Of a stretch of 64,000 nucleotides of DNA, positions 51,983 through 60,224 are shown one piece after another. Every line of letters starts with the position of its first letter. Position 1 is the first letter of the stretch. The DNA is taken from the NCBI GenBank assembly GCA_003221895.1, contig QHUJ01000121.1:5847-69846 (forward strand), in the 5' to 3' direction. The notes beneath the pieces were generated by a model. The model saw only the letters and a list, made by a program, of their open reading frames with translations, was not told the origin of the DNA and ran no database searches. This stretch comes from Gemmatimonadota bacterium (GTDB lineage Bacteria; Gemmatimonadota; Gemmatimonadetes; Gemmatimonadales; GWC2-71-9). Both the position numbers and the translations under genes were made by a program.

Positions 51983-52779
51983 CTGCCCACCCACCGCCGG
52001 ATTTTTTCGAGCGCGACACGCAGGCTCATGGGCTTGACCATGTAGTCCAACGCCCCTGCCTCGAGGCCGCGCAGCTGCTCGGACTCACTGCCATGCACGG
52101 TCGTGAAGACCACGCGAAACTTGCCTGGGCACTCCTCCTTGAGCGCTTCGAAGATCGAATAGCCGTCGAGCGCCGGCAGATCGACGTCCAGCAGCAACAG
52201 CGGCGTCTGCCCGTGCGTCTCCAGCTCGCGGAGGGCGTCCAACGCCTCGCGGCCGTTGCGGTAGTGCACGAAGCGATAGCCGCGCGCCTCCAGCCCGAAC
52301 GTCAGCAGCTCCGCCAGCGTGGGATCGTCCTCGACGACGATCACTTCGGGGACGTCGGCTGCCGGCAGGTCGGGAGAGGCCGGTGGAGGAGCCGGAGCGA
52401 TGTCGATCCGCGGCGGCGCGCCCTGCTTCGTGAACAACGCGGCCGCGAGACGACGCACGAACGCGCGGGCTTCCTGCCCGCGATTTCCGGCGCTGCCATT
52501 GCCAGGGTGCTCGAGCCATTGCGTGGTGGCTGCCTCGAGCTCTGCCGCGACGACGCTTGCCTGGGGAAATCCGAACGAACCAGCCGAGCCGCGCAGCCGA
52601 TGGGCATCGCGGCGCAGTGCTTCTATCGCAGCCGTGTCGTCGCCCGCGGCGACGAGCCGTTCGGCTAGTTCGGCGATCGCCCCGAGCTGGTCGCGGGCTC
52701 CCTGCAGGTATTCGTCCCGTGCGCCGGGGGGAAGCCCGAAGTCGTCGACTCCTCCCCCTCCCTGGTTCACGGGCACCAA
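51979..52779 (-). CDS. Hpt-REC two-domain phosphorelay protein (no output domain)
   Basis: The Hpt motif is HRLRGSAGSFG, with His at about residue 60. REC motifs are VIVVEDD, LLLLDVDLPALDG and MVKP. The start is uncertain (TTG at 52779, or GTG at 52776 or 52770). Confidence 0.8.
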   Translation of the reverse strand: MVPVNQGGGGVDDFGLPPGARDEYLQGARDQLGAIAELAERLVAAGDDTAAIEALRRDAHRLRGSAGSFGFPQASVVAAELEAATTQWLEHPGNGSAGNRGQEARAFVRRLAAALFTKQGAPPRIDIAPAPPPASPDLPAADVPEVIVVEDDPTLAELLTFGLEARGYRFVHYRNGREALDALRELETHGQTPLLLLDVDLPALDGYSIFEALKEECPGKFRVVFTTVHGSESEQLRGLEAGALDYMVKPMSLRVALEKIRRWVGR

Positions 52780-52806
52780 GATATAACTAGCTTGTGTTTG
52801 GACCTA

Positions 52807-53013
52807 ATGAACGAGCCCGAAGTAGGCCTCTGTGCGACCTGTCGTTGGGTGCAAGTCGTAAAGAACCGGCGCGGCTCGGTGTTCTACCGCTGCACGCGCG
52901 CCGAGACTGACGCGCGGTTCGTCCGCTACCCGCCGCTTCCGATGTTGCGCTGCCCGGGCTACGAGCACCAAACGGATGACCAATCCTCGAACCGGGGGAG
53001 GGGGGGCCCCTAG
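52807..53013 (+). CDS. Small 4-Cys (zinc-ribbon-like) protein
   Basis: The sequence is MNEPEVGLCATCRWVQVV...FYRCTRAE...LRCPGYEH. The pattern is CxxC...C...C. GC3 is high. It lies 27 nt from the divergent Hpt-REC start. Confidence 0.55.
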   Translation: MNEPEVGLCATCRWVQVVKNRRGSVFYRCTRAETDARFVRYPPLPMLRCPGYEHQTDDQSSNRGRGGP

Positions 53014-53054
53014 AGCGCGCCAGGCCCGCCCCACTCGGTCCCTGGGCGAATTCC

Positions 53055-54083
53055 GTGCCGACGAGCAGGGGTGCTCACGCTGGTGATTTTGAGCACGGTT
53101 GTGACTTTCCTCACTTGCAGAACGCTCAGCCGTTTCTCACTTTGAACCGCCGCTCAGCTATCTCCTTGGCCGAAAGGGACTTCGTGCAGCGATTTTTGCT
53201 GAAGTATTTCGAGCGCATCCTCGTGCTGCTGCTCGTTGCTTCCTTGCTGGTGATCAACCGCCTCATCGACCAGAAACTCGCCTTTCTCAGCTTCTACTAT
53301 CTGCCGGTGATCCTTGCGGGTTTCTTTGGCGGGCGGCGCTTTGCGGTCGGATCGGCGGTGTTCATCGCCGCGCTCACGCTTTTCTTCCAGGCGATCGAAG
53401 GCTTCGGCATGGAAGCCGGGCTGACGCCGGACTCCATGCTGACGCTGGTGCCCTGGGCCGGGTTCCTGATCCTCACCGGATACGTGGTTGGTGGGCTCGC
53501 GGAGCAGCGCGCCGCCCGGTTGGCGGATCTCAAGAACGCGTATCTCGCGACCCTCGAGATGCTCACCTTTCACATCGAATCGACCGAGCGGCATCAGGAA
53601 GGTCATTCGACGCGCGTCGCCCAATTGGCCGGCGAGATGGGCGCCGAGCTCAAGCTGCCGGAGAGCGAGCTGGAGAACCTGCGGATCGCCGCGCTCCTGC
53701 ATGAGGTGGGGATCGCCGATCACCGTCTGCTGCGGCTCCTGTCGCGCTCGGTGACTGACGAGACCGTTGCGGTGGCACGCGCCCTGCGCGGCGCCGCTGA
53801 GATCATCGCGGAATACTCGCACTACTATGAGATCGTGGGCGACGATTGGGACATCGAGGCGCTGCCGATGGCGACGCCGGTGAAGGTGCTGGCCGTCGCC
53901 GACGCATTCGAGACGCTTCAGATGGCGACGCCGGTACGGCCGGCGTTTACGCGGTGGAGCGCGCTCGAGGAAGTGGAGAAAGGCGCAGGAAGGACGTTTG
54001 CGCGTGAAGCGGTGCGGGCGCTCCGTGTCGTGGCCGGCCGCCCCGAAGTGGCAGCCCCAGCCAAAGCGCTGAAGGTGGTCTAG
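53055..54083 (+). CDS. Membrane protein with a degenerate HD-GYP-like domain
   Basis: N-terminal TM helices are followed by GHSTRVAQLAGEMG, AALLHEVGIAD (HD replaced by HE, with no HHExxDGSGYP motif) and VLAVADAFETL...RPAF. The start is uncertain; the GTG at 53184 after AAGGGA is an alternative. Confidence 0.65.
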   Translation: MPTSRGAHAGDFEHGCDFPHLQNAQPFLTLNRRSAISLAERDFVQRFLLKYFERILVLLLVASLLVINRLIDQKLAFLSFYYLPVILAGFFGGRRFAVGSAVFIAALTLFFQAIEGFGMEAGLTPDSMLTLVPWAGFLILTGYVVGGLAEQRAARLADLKNAYLATLEMLTFHIESTERHQEGHSTRVAQLAGEMGAELKLPESELENLRIAALLHEVGIADHRLLRLLSRSVTDETVAVARALRGAAEIIAEYSHYYEIVGDDWDIEALPMATPVKVLAVADAFETLQMATPVRPAFTRWSALEEVEKGAGRTFAREAVRALRVVAGRPEVAAPAKALKVV

Positions 54084-54337
54084 GGTGTGTCGTGCGGGGC
54101 GTTCCGGCCGCTCGCCACTCCACCGGCGACACCCACACCCAACGCGAGGGCAGTCGCAACGGTCACAACCGGCAGGAAAGCAATCGGAAGCGCCACGGCC
54201 GCGGCGGCGGCACCGGCAATCAGCGGAGCAGAGGGTTTCTTGACGGCGTCAACATAGCGCAGACGGCGCCGCACGAAGTCGCGAGAGACAACGAAGCCGC
54301 CGACGAGCGCGGCGGCCGTCACAATCAGTCCCAGCAT
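54080..54337 (-). CDS. Small hypothetical membrane protein (two TM helices)
   Basis: The sequence is MLGLIVTAAALVGGFVVSRDF...LIAGAAAAAVALPIAFLPVVTVATALALGVGVAGG. Its stop shares the CTAG tetranucleotide with the convergent gene. Confidence 0.5.
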   Translation of the reverse strand: MLGLIVTAAALVGGFVVSRDFVRRRLRYVDAVKKPSAPLIAGAAAAAVALPIAFLPVVTVATALALGVGVAGGVASGRNAPHDTP

Positions 54338-54394
54338 GATGTTCTCCTGTAGGTACTGCGCTGTACGGAACTTGTCGAACTTGCGTTTCAGGCG

Positions 54395-55390
54395 CTACCA
54401 GCGAATCGCCGCGCTCCCCCACGTAAATCCCGACCCAAACGCCGTCAGCACGAGCAGGTCACCGTGCTTGAGACGCCCTTCGGCGAGCGCCTCGTCCAGC
54501 GCGATCGGAATCGACGCCGCCGTCGTGTTGCCGTACTTCTGGATGTTGCTGTACACCTGATCGTCTCGCAGGCCCGTCGCCTTCTGCACCATTTCGATGA
54601 TGCGCTGGTTCGCCTGATGGGGAACGAGCAGCGTGATGTCGGCGGGGGCGAGACCATTCGCTTTCAGCGCGATCGCAACGGACTCGGGCATCTTCACGGA
54701 CGCGAACTTGAAGACGTCGCGTCCTTCCATCACCGCGCGATGCAGCCCCTGCTCGAGCATCGCGACACTGACGTACGGGTCGTGCGCCAGGCCGGGCCCG
54801 TCGACCCACAGCTTCTCGGCGTAGCGCCCGTCGGCGAAGATGTGCGTCGACAGCACGCCGCGGCCGTCATCGTCGACCGGCGCCAGCACCGCGGCGCCCG
54901 CGCCGTCGCCGAACAGGACCGCGGTGTCACGGCCGCGGGTCGTCTTGTCGAGCCCGCGCGAGTGCACTTCGGCGCCAACCAGCAGGATGCATTTGTACTG
55001 CCCGGTGCGGATCCAGGCGTCGGCAATTGACAGGCCGTAGATGAATCCGCTGCATTGATTGCGCACGTCCACAGCGGGAATGTCGGTGAGCCCAAGCTCG
55101 CGTTGCAGGAAGACGCCGTTGCCGGGCTCGAAATGGTCGGGCGTGCAGGTGCAGTAGATGATGCAGTCGAGATCCTTCGGCTCGAGGCCGGCCTTGTCGA
55201 GCGCCTTCTGTGAGGCGGCGCGGGCGAGCCCGACGCCCGTGTCCCCCCGGTCGACCCAGTAGCGTGTCTTGATCCCGCTGCGCTGAACGATCCACTCATC
55301 CGACGTGTCCATGATCTTGGCGAGGTCGTCGTTGGTGACGAGACGCGCCGGAACGTGGAACCCCGTCGACAGGAATGCGGTGCGCGGCAT
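54395..55390 (-). CDS. fabH: 3-oxoacyl-ACP synthase III
   Basis: Start was chosen at the ATG at 55390 (MPRTAFLSTGF). The catalytic triad sits in NQCSGFIYGL, VPHQANQRI and YGNTTAASIP. The upstream 111 codons of the track ORF were rejected. Confidence 0.92.
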   Translation of the reverse strand: MPRTAFLSTGFHVPARLVTNDDLAKIMDTSDEWIVQRSGIKTRYWVDRGDTGVGLARAASQKALDKAGLEPKDLDCIIYCTCTPDHFEPGNGVFLQRELGLTDIPAVDVRNQCSGFIYGLSIADAWIRTGQYKCILLVGAEVHSRGLDKTTRGRDTAVLFGDGAGAAVLAPVDDDGRGVLSTHIFADGRYAEKLWVDGPGLAHDPYVSVAMLEQGLHRAVMEGRDVFKFASVKMPESVAIALKANGLAPADITLLVPHQANQRIIEMVQKATGLRDDQVYSNIQKYGNTTAASIPIALDEALAEGRLKHGDLLVLTAFGSGFTWGSAAIRW

Positions 55391-55444
55391 GCGTTGACGC
55401 TCGAGAAAGGTTGCGGGTGATTCCGAAGGCCCCAAGATTAGCTC

Positions 55445-55702
55445 ATGGATCTCACCGTCACCAGAGAACAATACGACGCCATCCGCACTGCCAAACACCT
55501 TCCGGACGTGCTCAAGAAAGCGTTGGAGAAGGCCGGCACCGCGGCCAACGGCCTCGTGTTGCATCTGACCTACGAGGAGGCCACCGCGCTCAACGAGCTC
55601 GCAGCCTGGAACGTGCACACGGACGATGCGGGCAACGTCACACCCCAATCGCAGGTCTTCGACGATCTTGTACGAGCCATCCTCACACACCCCGAGTATT
55701 GA
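55445..55702 (+). CDS. Hypothetical 85-aa cytoplasmic protein
   Basis: GC3 is high and the composition is helical. Its stop lies 1 nt before the S9 peptidase start. No family was recognised. Confidence 0.5.
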   Translation: MDLTVTREQYDAIRTAKHLPDVLKKALEKAGTAANGLVLHLTYEEATALNELAAWNVHTDDAGNVTPQSQVFDDLVRAILTHPEY

Positions 55703-55703
55703 A

Positions 55704-57731
55704 ATGCGACTGCGTGTACTCATCGTTCTCAGTCTGTCCGCGTCCCTCTTCCCGCTTCCCGCATTCGCGCAACAGCGGGCTATCAGGTTCGAGGACTACA
55801 TCGCCCTCAAATCCGTGAGCGATCCCCAGCTATCGCCGGACGGCAAGTGGGTCGCGTATACCGTCGCGACGCCGTCGCTCGAAGACAACCGCAACGTGTC
55901 ACGCGTATGGGTTGCCGAAGTCGCAACGGGCAAGTCGCGCCAGCAGACGGGTGGGCCGGGCTCCGACCGCCAGCCCCGCTGGTCGCCCGACGGCAAGACG
56001 CTGGCGTTCATTTCGACGCGCGACAGCGGTGCGCAAGTCTGGGTACTCCCCATCGCGGGCGGCGACGCGCGGAAGGTGTCACACCTCGCGGACGGCGCGT
56101 CTGATCCGCTCTGGCTGCCCGATGGATCGGGACTGCTGGTGGTGAGCGACATCAAGTGGCCGCTCAATCAGGAAATCGATCAGCGCAATGGGAACTATCC
56201 GACCGAGGCGCGCATCTGGACCGGCCTCATGTGGCGGCACTGGGACGATTTCCGCGCGGGGAAGCGGCAGCACCTGTTCCGAGTCGATCTGGCGAGCGGC
56301 ACGGCGACGGATCTGACGCCGGTCGATCACGATGCGCCTACGATCGCCACGGGCGGCGATGGTGACGTCGCAGTCTCGCCGGATGGCCGCGAGACTGTGG
56401 TGGCAATGCACGGCGACACCACCGTGGCCGACAACACGAACGTGGACCTCTTCGTGGTCGGCAGTGGTGGGAAGCTGCGGCCCATCACCACGAATGCCGG
56501 CGCCGACAACACGCCGCGGTATTCGCCGGACGGAAAGTGGCTGGCATATCTGTCAATGGAGAGAGCGGGATTCGAGGCCGATCGCCTGCGGCTCATGCTG
56601 CTCGCCCGGGCGGGCGGGACGGGCGACGGACGCCCTGTTGAAGCCACGTCGGGTTGGGATTTGTCGGTAGGATCGTACACATGGTGTCCCAATTCGAAAT
56701 GCATCTACGCGGTCGTCGAGGAACGGGGACGGGACAACATCTATCGCATCGACGTTCCCGGATACAAGCGGACGCGCGTTGTCTCTGGTGGCGTGAATAC
56801 AGGCGTGCAAGTCGGGCCCGACAACCGCACGCTCGCCTATCTGCATCAAAGCAACACGCAACCACCCGAAGTCTGGGTAGCCGGCAGCTCACCCAAGGCC
56901 CTTACGCATCACACGGACTCTGCCGTCGCGACGCTCGACTTGCCGCCGCTCGAGGCATTCGGATTCGTCGGCGCACTCGGCGATTCGGTCTTCGGGTGGA
57001 CGCAGAAACCGCCTGGATTCGATCCGTCGAAGAAGTATCCCGTGGTGTATCTGATTCACGGGGGGCCGCAGGGCGCGTGGACCGATTACTGGGGCGCCCG
57101 GTGGAATTACCAGATGTTCGCGGCGCGCGGCTGGGTCGTCGCCGCCGTGAACTTCCACGGCTCGACCGGCTACGGCCAGAAATTCACTGACGCGATCTCG
57201 CAGCACTGGGGCGACTATCCGTACGAAGATCTCATGAAGGGCCTCGACGTCGTCGCCCGGCTCCCGTACGTGGACTCGACGCGCATGGGCGCCGCGGGCG
57301 CGTCGTACGGCGGATACATGGTGTACTGGATCGCCGGCCACACCAACCGCTTCAAGGTGCTCGTGGACCACGACGGCGTGTTCAATGCTCAGAGTATGGC
57401 GGGCAGTACCGAAGAGTTGTGGTTCACCGACTGGGAGTTCGGCGGCCCGCTATACTCGAAGCCCGAGCTCTACGACAAGTGGTCGCCGGCGAATCACGTG
57501 AGCGACTGGAAGACGCCCATGCTGATCGTGCATAGCCAGCTCGATTATCGGGTCGATCTCTCGGAGGGCTACCAGGCGTTCACGGCTGCGAAGCGGATGG
57601 GTGTCGAAGCGAAATTCCTGTACTTCCCCGATGAAGGGCACTGGGTGTTGCGCCCACGCAATCGCCGCATCTGGTGGGGGACGGTCCTCGATTGGCTGGA
57701 GGTGCACCTCAATGAAAGCCCTCACCCGTAA
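55704..57731 (+). CDS. S9-family serine peptidase (prolyl oligopeptidase / acylaminoacyl peptidase type) with an N-terminal beta-propeller, secreted
   Basis: The ATG at 55704 gives the signal MRLRVLIVLSLSASLFPLPAFAQQ. It has PD40-like repeats, the nucleophile GASYGGYM, and Asp/His contexts HSQLDYRV and PDEGHW. Confidence 0.9.
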   Translation: MRLRVLIVLSLSASLFPLPAFAQQRAIRFEDYIALKSVSDPQLSPDGKWVAYTVATPSLEDNRNVSRVWVAEVATGKSRQQTGGPGSDRQPRWSPDGKTLAFISTRDSGAQVWVLPIAGGDARKVSHLADGASDPLWLPDGSGLLVVSDIKWPLNQEIDQRNGNYPTEARIWTGLMWRHWDDFRAGKRQHLFRVDLASGTATDLTPVDHDAPTIATGGDGDVAVSPDGRETVVAMHGDTTVADNTNVDLFVVGSGGKLRPITTNAGADNTPRYSPDGKWLAYLSMERAGFEADRLRLMLLARAGGTGDGRPVEATSGWDLSVGSYTWCPNSKCIYAVVEERGRDNIYRIDVPGYKRTRVVSGGVNTGVQVGPDNRTLAYLHQSNTQPPEVWVAGSSPKALTHHTDSAVATLDLPPLEAFGFVGALGDSVFGWTQKPPGFDPSKKYPVVYLIHGGPQGAWTDYWGARWNYQMFAARGWVVAAVNFHGSTGYGQKFTDAISQHWGDYPYEDLMKGLDVVARLPYVDSTRMGAAGASYGGYMVYWIAGHTNRFKVLVDHDGVFNAQSMAGSTEELWFTDWEFGGPLYSKPELYDKWSPANHVSDWKTPMLIVHSQLDYRVDLSEGYQAFTAAKRMGVEAKFLYFPDEGHWVLRPRNRRIWWGTVLDWLEVHLNESPHP

Positions 57732-58116
57732 CACGCTGTTGTCGTTGCCGCTCGCGCTCCTGATAGCAGGGGCGTTGCCTGGTCAAGGATGGGACTTCCT
57801 GGACGCGTTCACGCTCGCGTTCTGCTTCACGTACGTCGGTCACTGGGTGGAAGTGTGGCTGCTGAAAATCCCCGGCATCGAAACGCCGGGTGGAAAATTC
57901 GTCCGCGTGCTGGGGTGGTTTGCGGGCGGACTGTGGTGCTATGTCGTTGCCCGCTGGGCGCTGCACGCGATGGGGCGCGATACGACGCAGCTACCCGCGC
58001 TCATCTGGGGAGGCCTGTTATTTGTAGCGCTCGAGTTTGTCGTTCATGGAGTGCTGCAGGCGTCTGGGAAGCCAAACTTCTATAGCGGACAGCTTCAAGA
58101 GGCCAGGTACCAGTAG
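57712..58116 (+). CDS. Hypothetical small polytopic membrane protein
   Basis: The ATG at 57712 overlaps the peptidase 3' end by 20 nt. It has four hydrophobic segments. No family was recognised. Confidence 0.5.
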   Translation: MKALTRNTLLSLPLALLIAGALPGQGWDFLDAFTLAFCFTYVGHWVEVWLLKIPGIETPGGKFVRVLGWFAGGLWCYVVARWALHAMGRDTTQLPALIWGGLLFVALEFVVHGVLQASGKPNFYSGQLQEARYQ

Positions 58117-58162
58117 AGTTGCCCAGACGGCGAAGTGGCTCCACTTCGCCGTCTGGGCAACT
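58117..58162. terminator. Long perfect hairpin (22-bp arms), a bidirectional terminator candidate between convergent genes
   Basis: AGTTGCCCAGACGGCGAAGTGG (58117-58138) pairs with CCACTTCGCCGTCTGGGCAACT (58141-58162). The two arms are separated by 2 nt. Confidence 0.75.
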
Positions 58163-58173
58163 TCGCAACTACT

Positions 58174-60120
58174 CTAAGGGCTTGGAGCTTGTGACTTAGT
58201 CCAGATGTTGTTGCCCCGTCTTATATCCGGAAAGTTCTTATCGGGATCGACTTCTACTTTCACCAGATCCTTCGCGAAAGCCCGCACGTACCTAAAGTGA
58301 CTCCCCTCAAACCAAACCTCTACCGGAAGGCGAGCATTCTCCGTGCTGCCGTCGGTGAAGGTCACCCGGAGGTCGACCGGCATCGGCAGACCACCCGGAC
58401 TCGAGAGGAAAATCGTCGTGAGCGTAGTGCCCGAGGAATCACGCTGCGTGCGCACCGAGTCCACCGCCTGATCCACCACGTCGGTGCGCAGGAACCAGCC
58501 GCGCCAGAAGTAGGACAGATCCTCCCCGACGCCGTCCTCCATCGAGCGGAAGAAATCGGCGGGTGTGGGATGCTTGAAGGCCCAGCGCCGGATGTATTCG
58601 CGGAAGGCTGGATCGAACCGTGTCGAATCGAGGATCGCATGACGCAGCAGGTACAGCCCGGTCGCGGGTTTGCTGTACGCCACGGCGCCCAGGAGGTCGG
58701 GCGTAACGCGGTCGGCCGGCGTGATGCCAGGCTCGTCGCGGCCGGTCGCGGCGAACTGCGCCCACGACTCGGCCTGGCCGCGGCCGCGCAGCCCTTGCTG
58801 CTCAGGGAAGTAGGCCCGGGCCGAATAGATATTGATGAAGGTGTTGAACCCCTCGTCCATCCACGCGTAGAGCCGCTCGTTGTTGCCCACGACCATCGGG
58901 AACCATTGGTGGCCGAGCTCGTGCGTCGTCACTCCGAATAATCCTTCGCGACTGCGCCGGTTGGCGCAGAACACCATCATCGGATATTCCATCCCCCCCA
59001 CCGGGCCATTCACATTGATCGCGGTCGGATAGGGGTACTGGAACCATTTCTCCGAGTAATGCTTGATCGAGTGCCGCACCATTTTCGTCGATTCGCGCCA
59101 GATCGAATCGGCGACGGGCGGATAGAACGATTGCATCAGGATCCCGTTCCAGCCGCTCGCATCCCAGATGAAGTTGGGCGCCGCCGCCCAGGCGACGTCG
59201 CGCACGTTCTTGGCCGAGAAGCGCCACGTCATTGTGGGGCTGGGTCCCGCCGGTCGTGTCGCGGCCTGGCCCACTTCATTCTTCGCAATGATGGCGACCG
59301 TGGAATCGGAGCCCAGCGCCTGCGCGAGCCGCGCGCGCTGCGCGGCGGTCAGCACCTCGAGCGGGTTGGTCAATCGTCCTGTCCCGGCCACGATGAAGCC
59401 GCGCGGCACGGTGATGGCGAAATCGATGTCGCCGTACTCGAGATAGAACTCGCCCTGGCCGAGGTATTGCTCGCTGTTCCAGCCGCGCACGTCGTCGTAG
59501 ACGGCCATGCGCGGGTACCATTGCGCGATCTCGTACAACCAGCCCTGCGGGAACTGCTCGCGGCCCATGCGATCGGCGCCGTGCTCGGGGACCTGGAACG
59601 AGTAGCCGATCTCGAAGGACGTGACGCCGCCCGGGGGGAGCGGGCGATCGAGCTCCACGCGCATGATGGTGCCGTTTTCGAATGTGCGGAGGGCGGTCCG
59701 CGTCGCAGCCTTGCCGGTGGATTGGCGAACCGCCTCGACACGATCGAGCACGAACCCGCCTTTGAATCCGCGCGCGGCGAACCGGGCATCGGGTGGGTTC
59801 AACACAGCGCCGCGGCTGTCGTCGCGAAACAGGTTCTGATCGAGCTGCATCCAGAGATAGCGCAGCGTGTCGGGCGAATGATTGGTGTAGCGGATCGTTT
59901 CACGGCCGGCGATGGTATGCGCTGCGGTGTCGAGTGTGACGGCGATTGTGTAATCGACGCGCTGCTGCCAGTACCGCGGGCCGGGGCTTCCCGATCCCTC
60001 CCGGATCAGGGTCGGTGTCGACAGCTGCAGGCGGCGGAACGGTGATGTATCGGTGCGCGCCACGGGCAGGGATTGGAGCGCGGGCTGCTGTAACGCCGTC
60101 AGAACAAGTAGTACGAGCAT
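58174..60120 (-). CDS. M1-family zinc aminopeptidase, secreted
   Basis: Has the HEXXH motif THELGHQWF, the downstream Glu in WMDEGFNTF, and an N-terminal signal-like segment. Confidence 0.88.
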   Translation of the reverse strand: MLVLLVLTALQQPALQSLPVARTDTSPFRRLQLSTPTLIREGSGSPGPRYWQQRVDYTIAVTLDTAAHTIAGRETIRYTNHSPDTLRYLWMQLDQNLFRDDSRGAVLNPPDARFAARGFKGGFVLDRVEAVRQSTGKAATRTALRTFENGTIMRVELDRPLPPGGVTSFEIGYSFQVPEHGADRMGREQFPQGWLYEIAQWYPRMAVYDDVRGWNSEQYLGQGEFYLEYGDIDFAITVPRGFIVAGTGRLTNPLEVLTAAQRARLAQALGSDSTVAIIAKNEVGQAATRPAGPSPTMTWRFSAKNVRDVAWAAAPNFIWDASGWNGILMQSFYPPVADSIWRESTKMVRHSIKHYSEKWFQYPYPTAINVNGPVGGMEYPMMVFCANRRSREGLFGVTTHELGHQWFPMVVGNNERLYAWMDEGFNTFINIYSARAYFPEQQGLRGRGQAESWAQFAATGRDEPGITPADRVTPDLLGAVAYSKPATGLYLLRHAILDSTRFDPAFREYIRRWAFKHPTPADFFRSMEDGVGEDLSYFWRGWFLRTDVVDQAVDSVRTQRDSSGTTLTTIFLSSPGGLPMPVDLRVTFTDGSTENARLPVEVWFEGSHFRYVRAFAKDLVKVEVDPDKNFPDIRRGNNIWTKSQAPSP

Positions 60121-60224
60121 CGCGAGAGTCCCGAAGGTGGTGGGTGTGGGGAAGTGTCAGAAATGTACCCACACTCCGGCCGCCCGTGCCGTACGCCGCG
60201 GCGACGACTAGATTGTCGCGAGCG

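Noticed and set aside
55391-55723. A 111-codon N-terminal extension of the fabH ORF.
   Set aside because: It has no FabH homology and would overlap the divergent small gene. A canonical FabH N-terminus (MPRTAFLSTGF) begins at the ATG at 55390.
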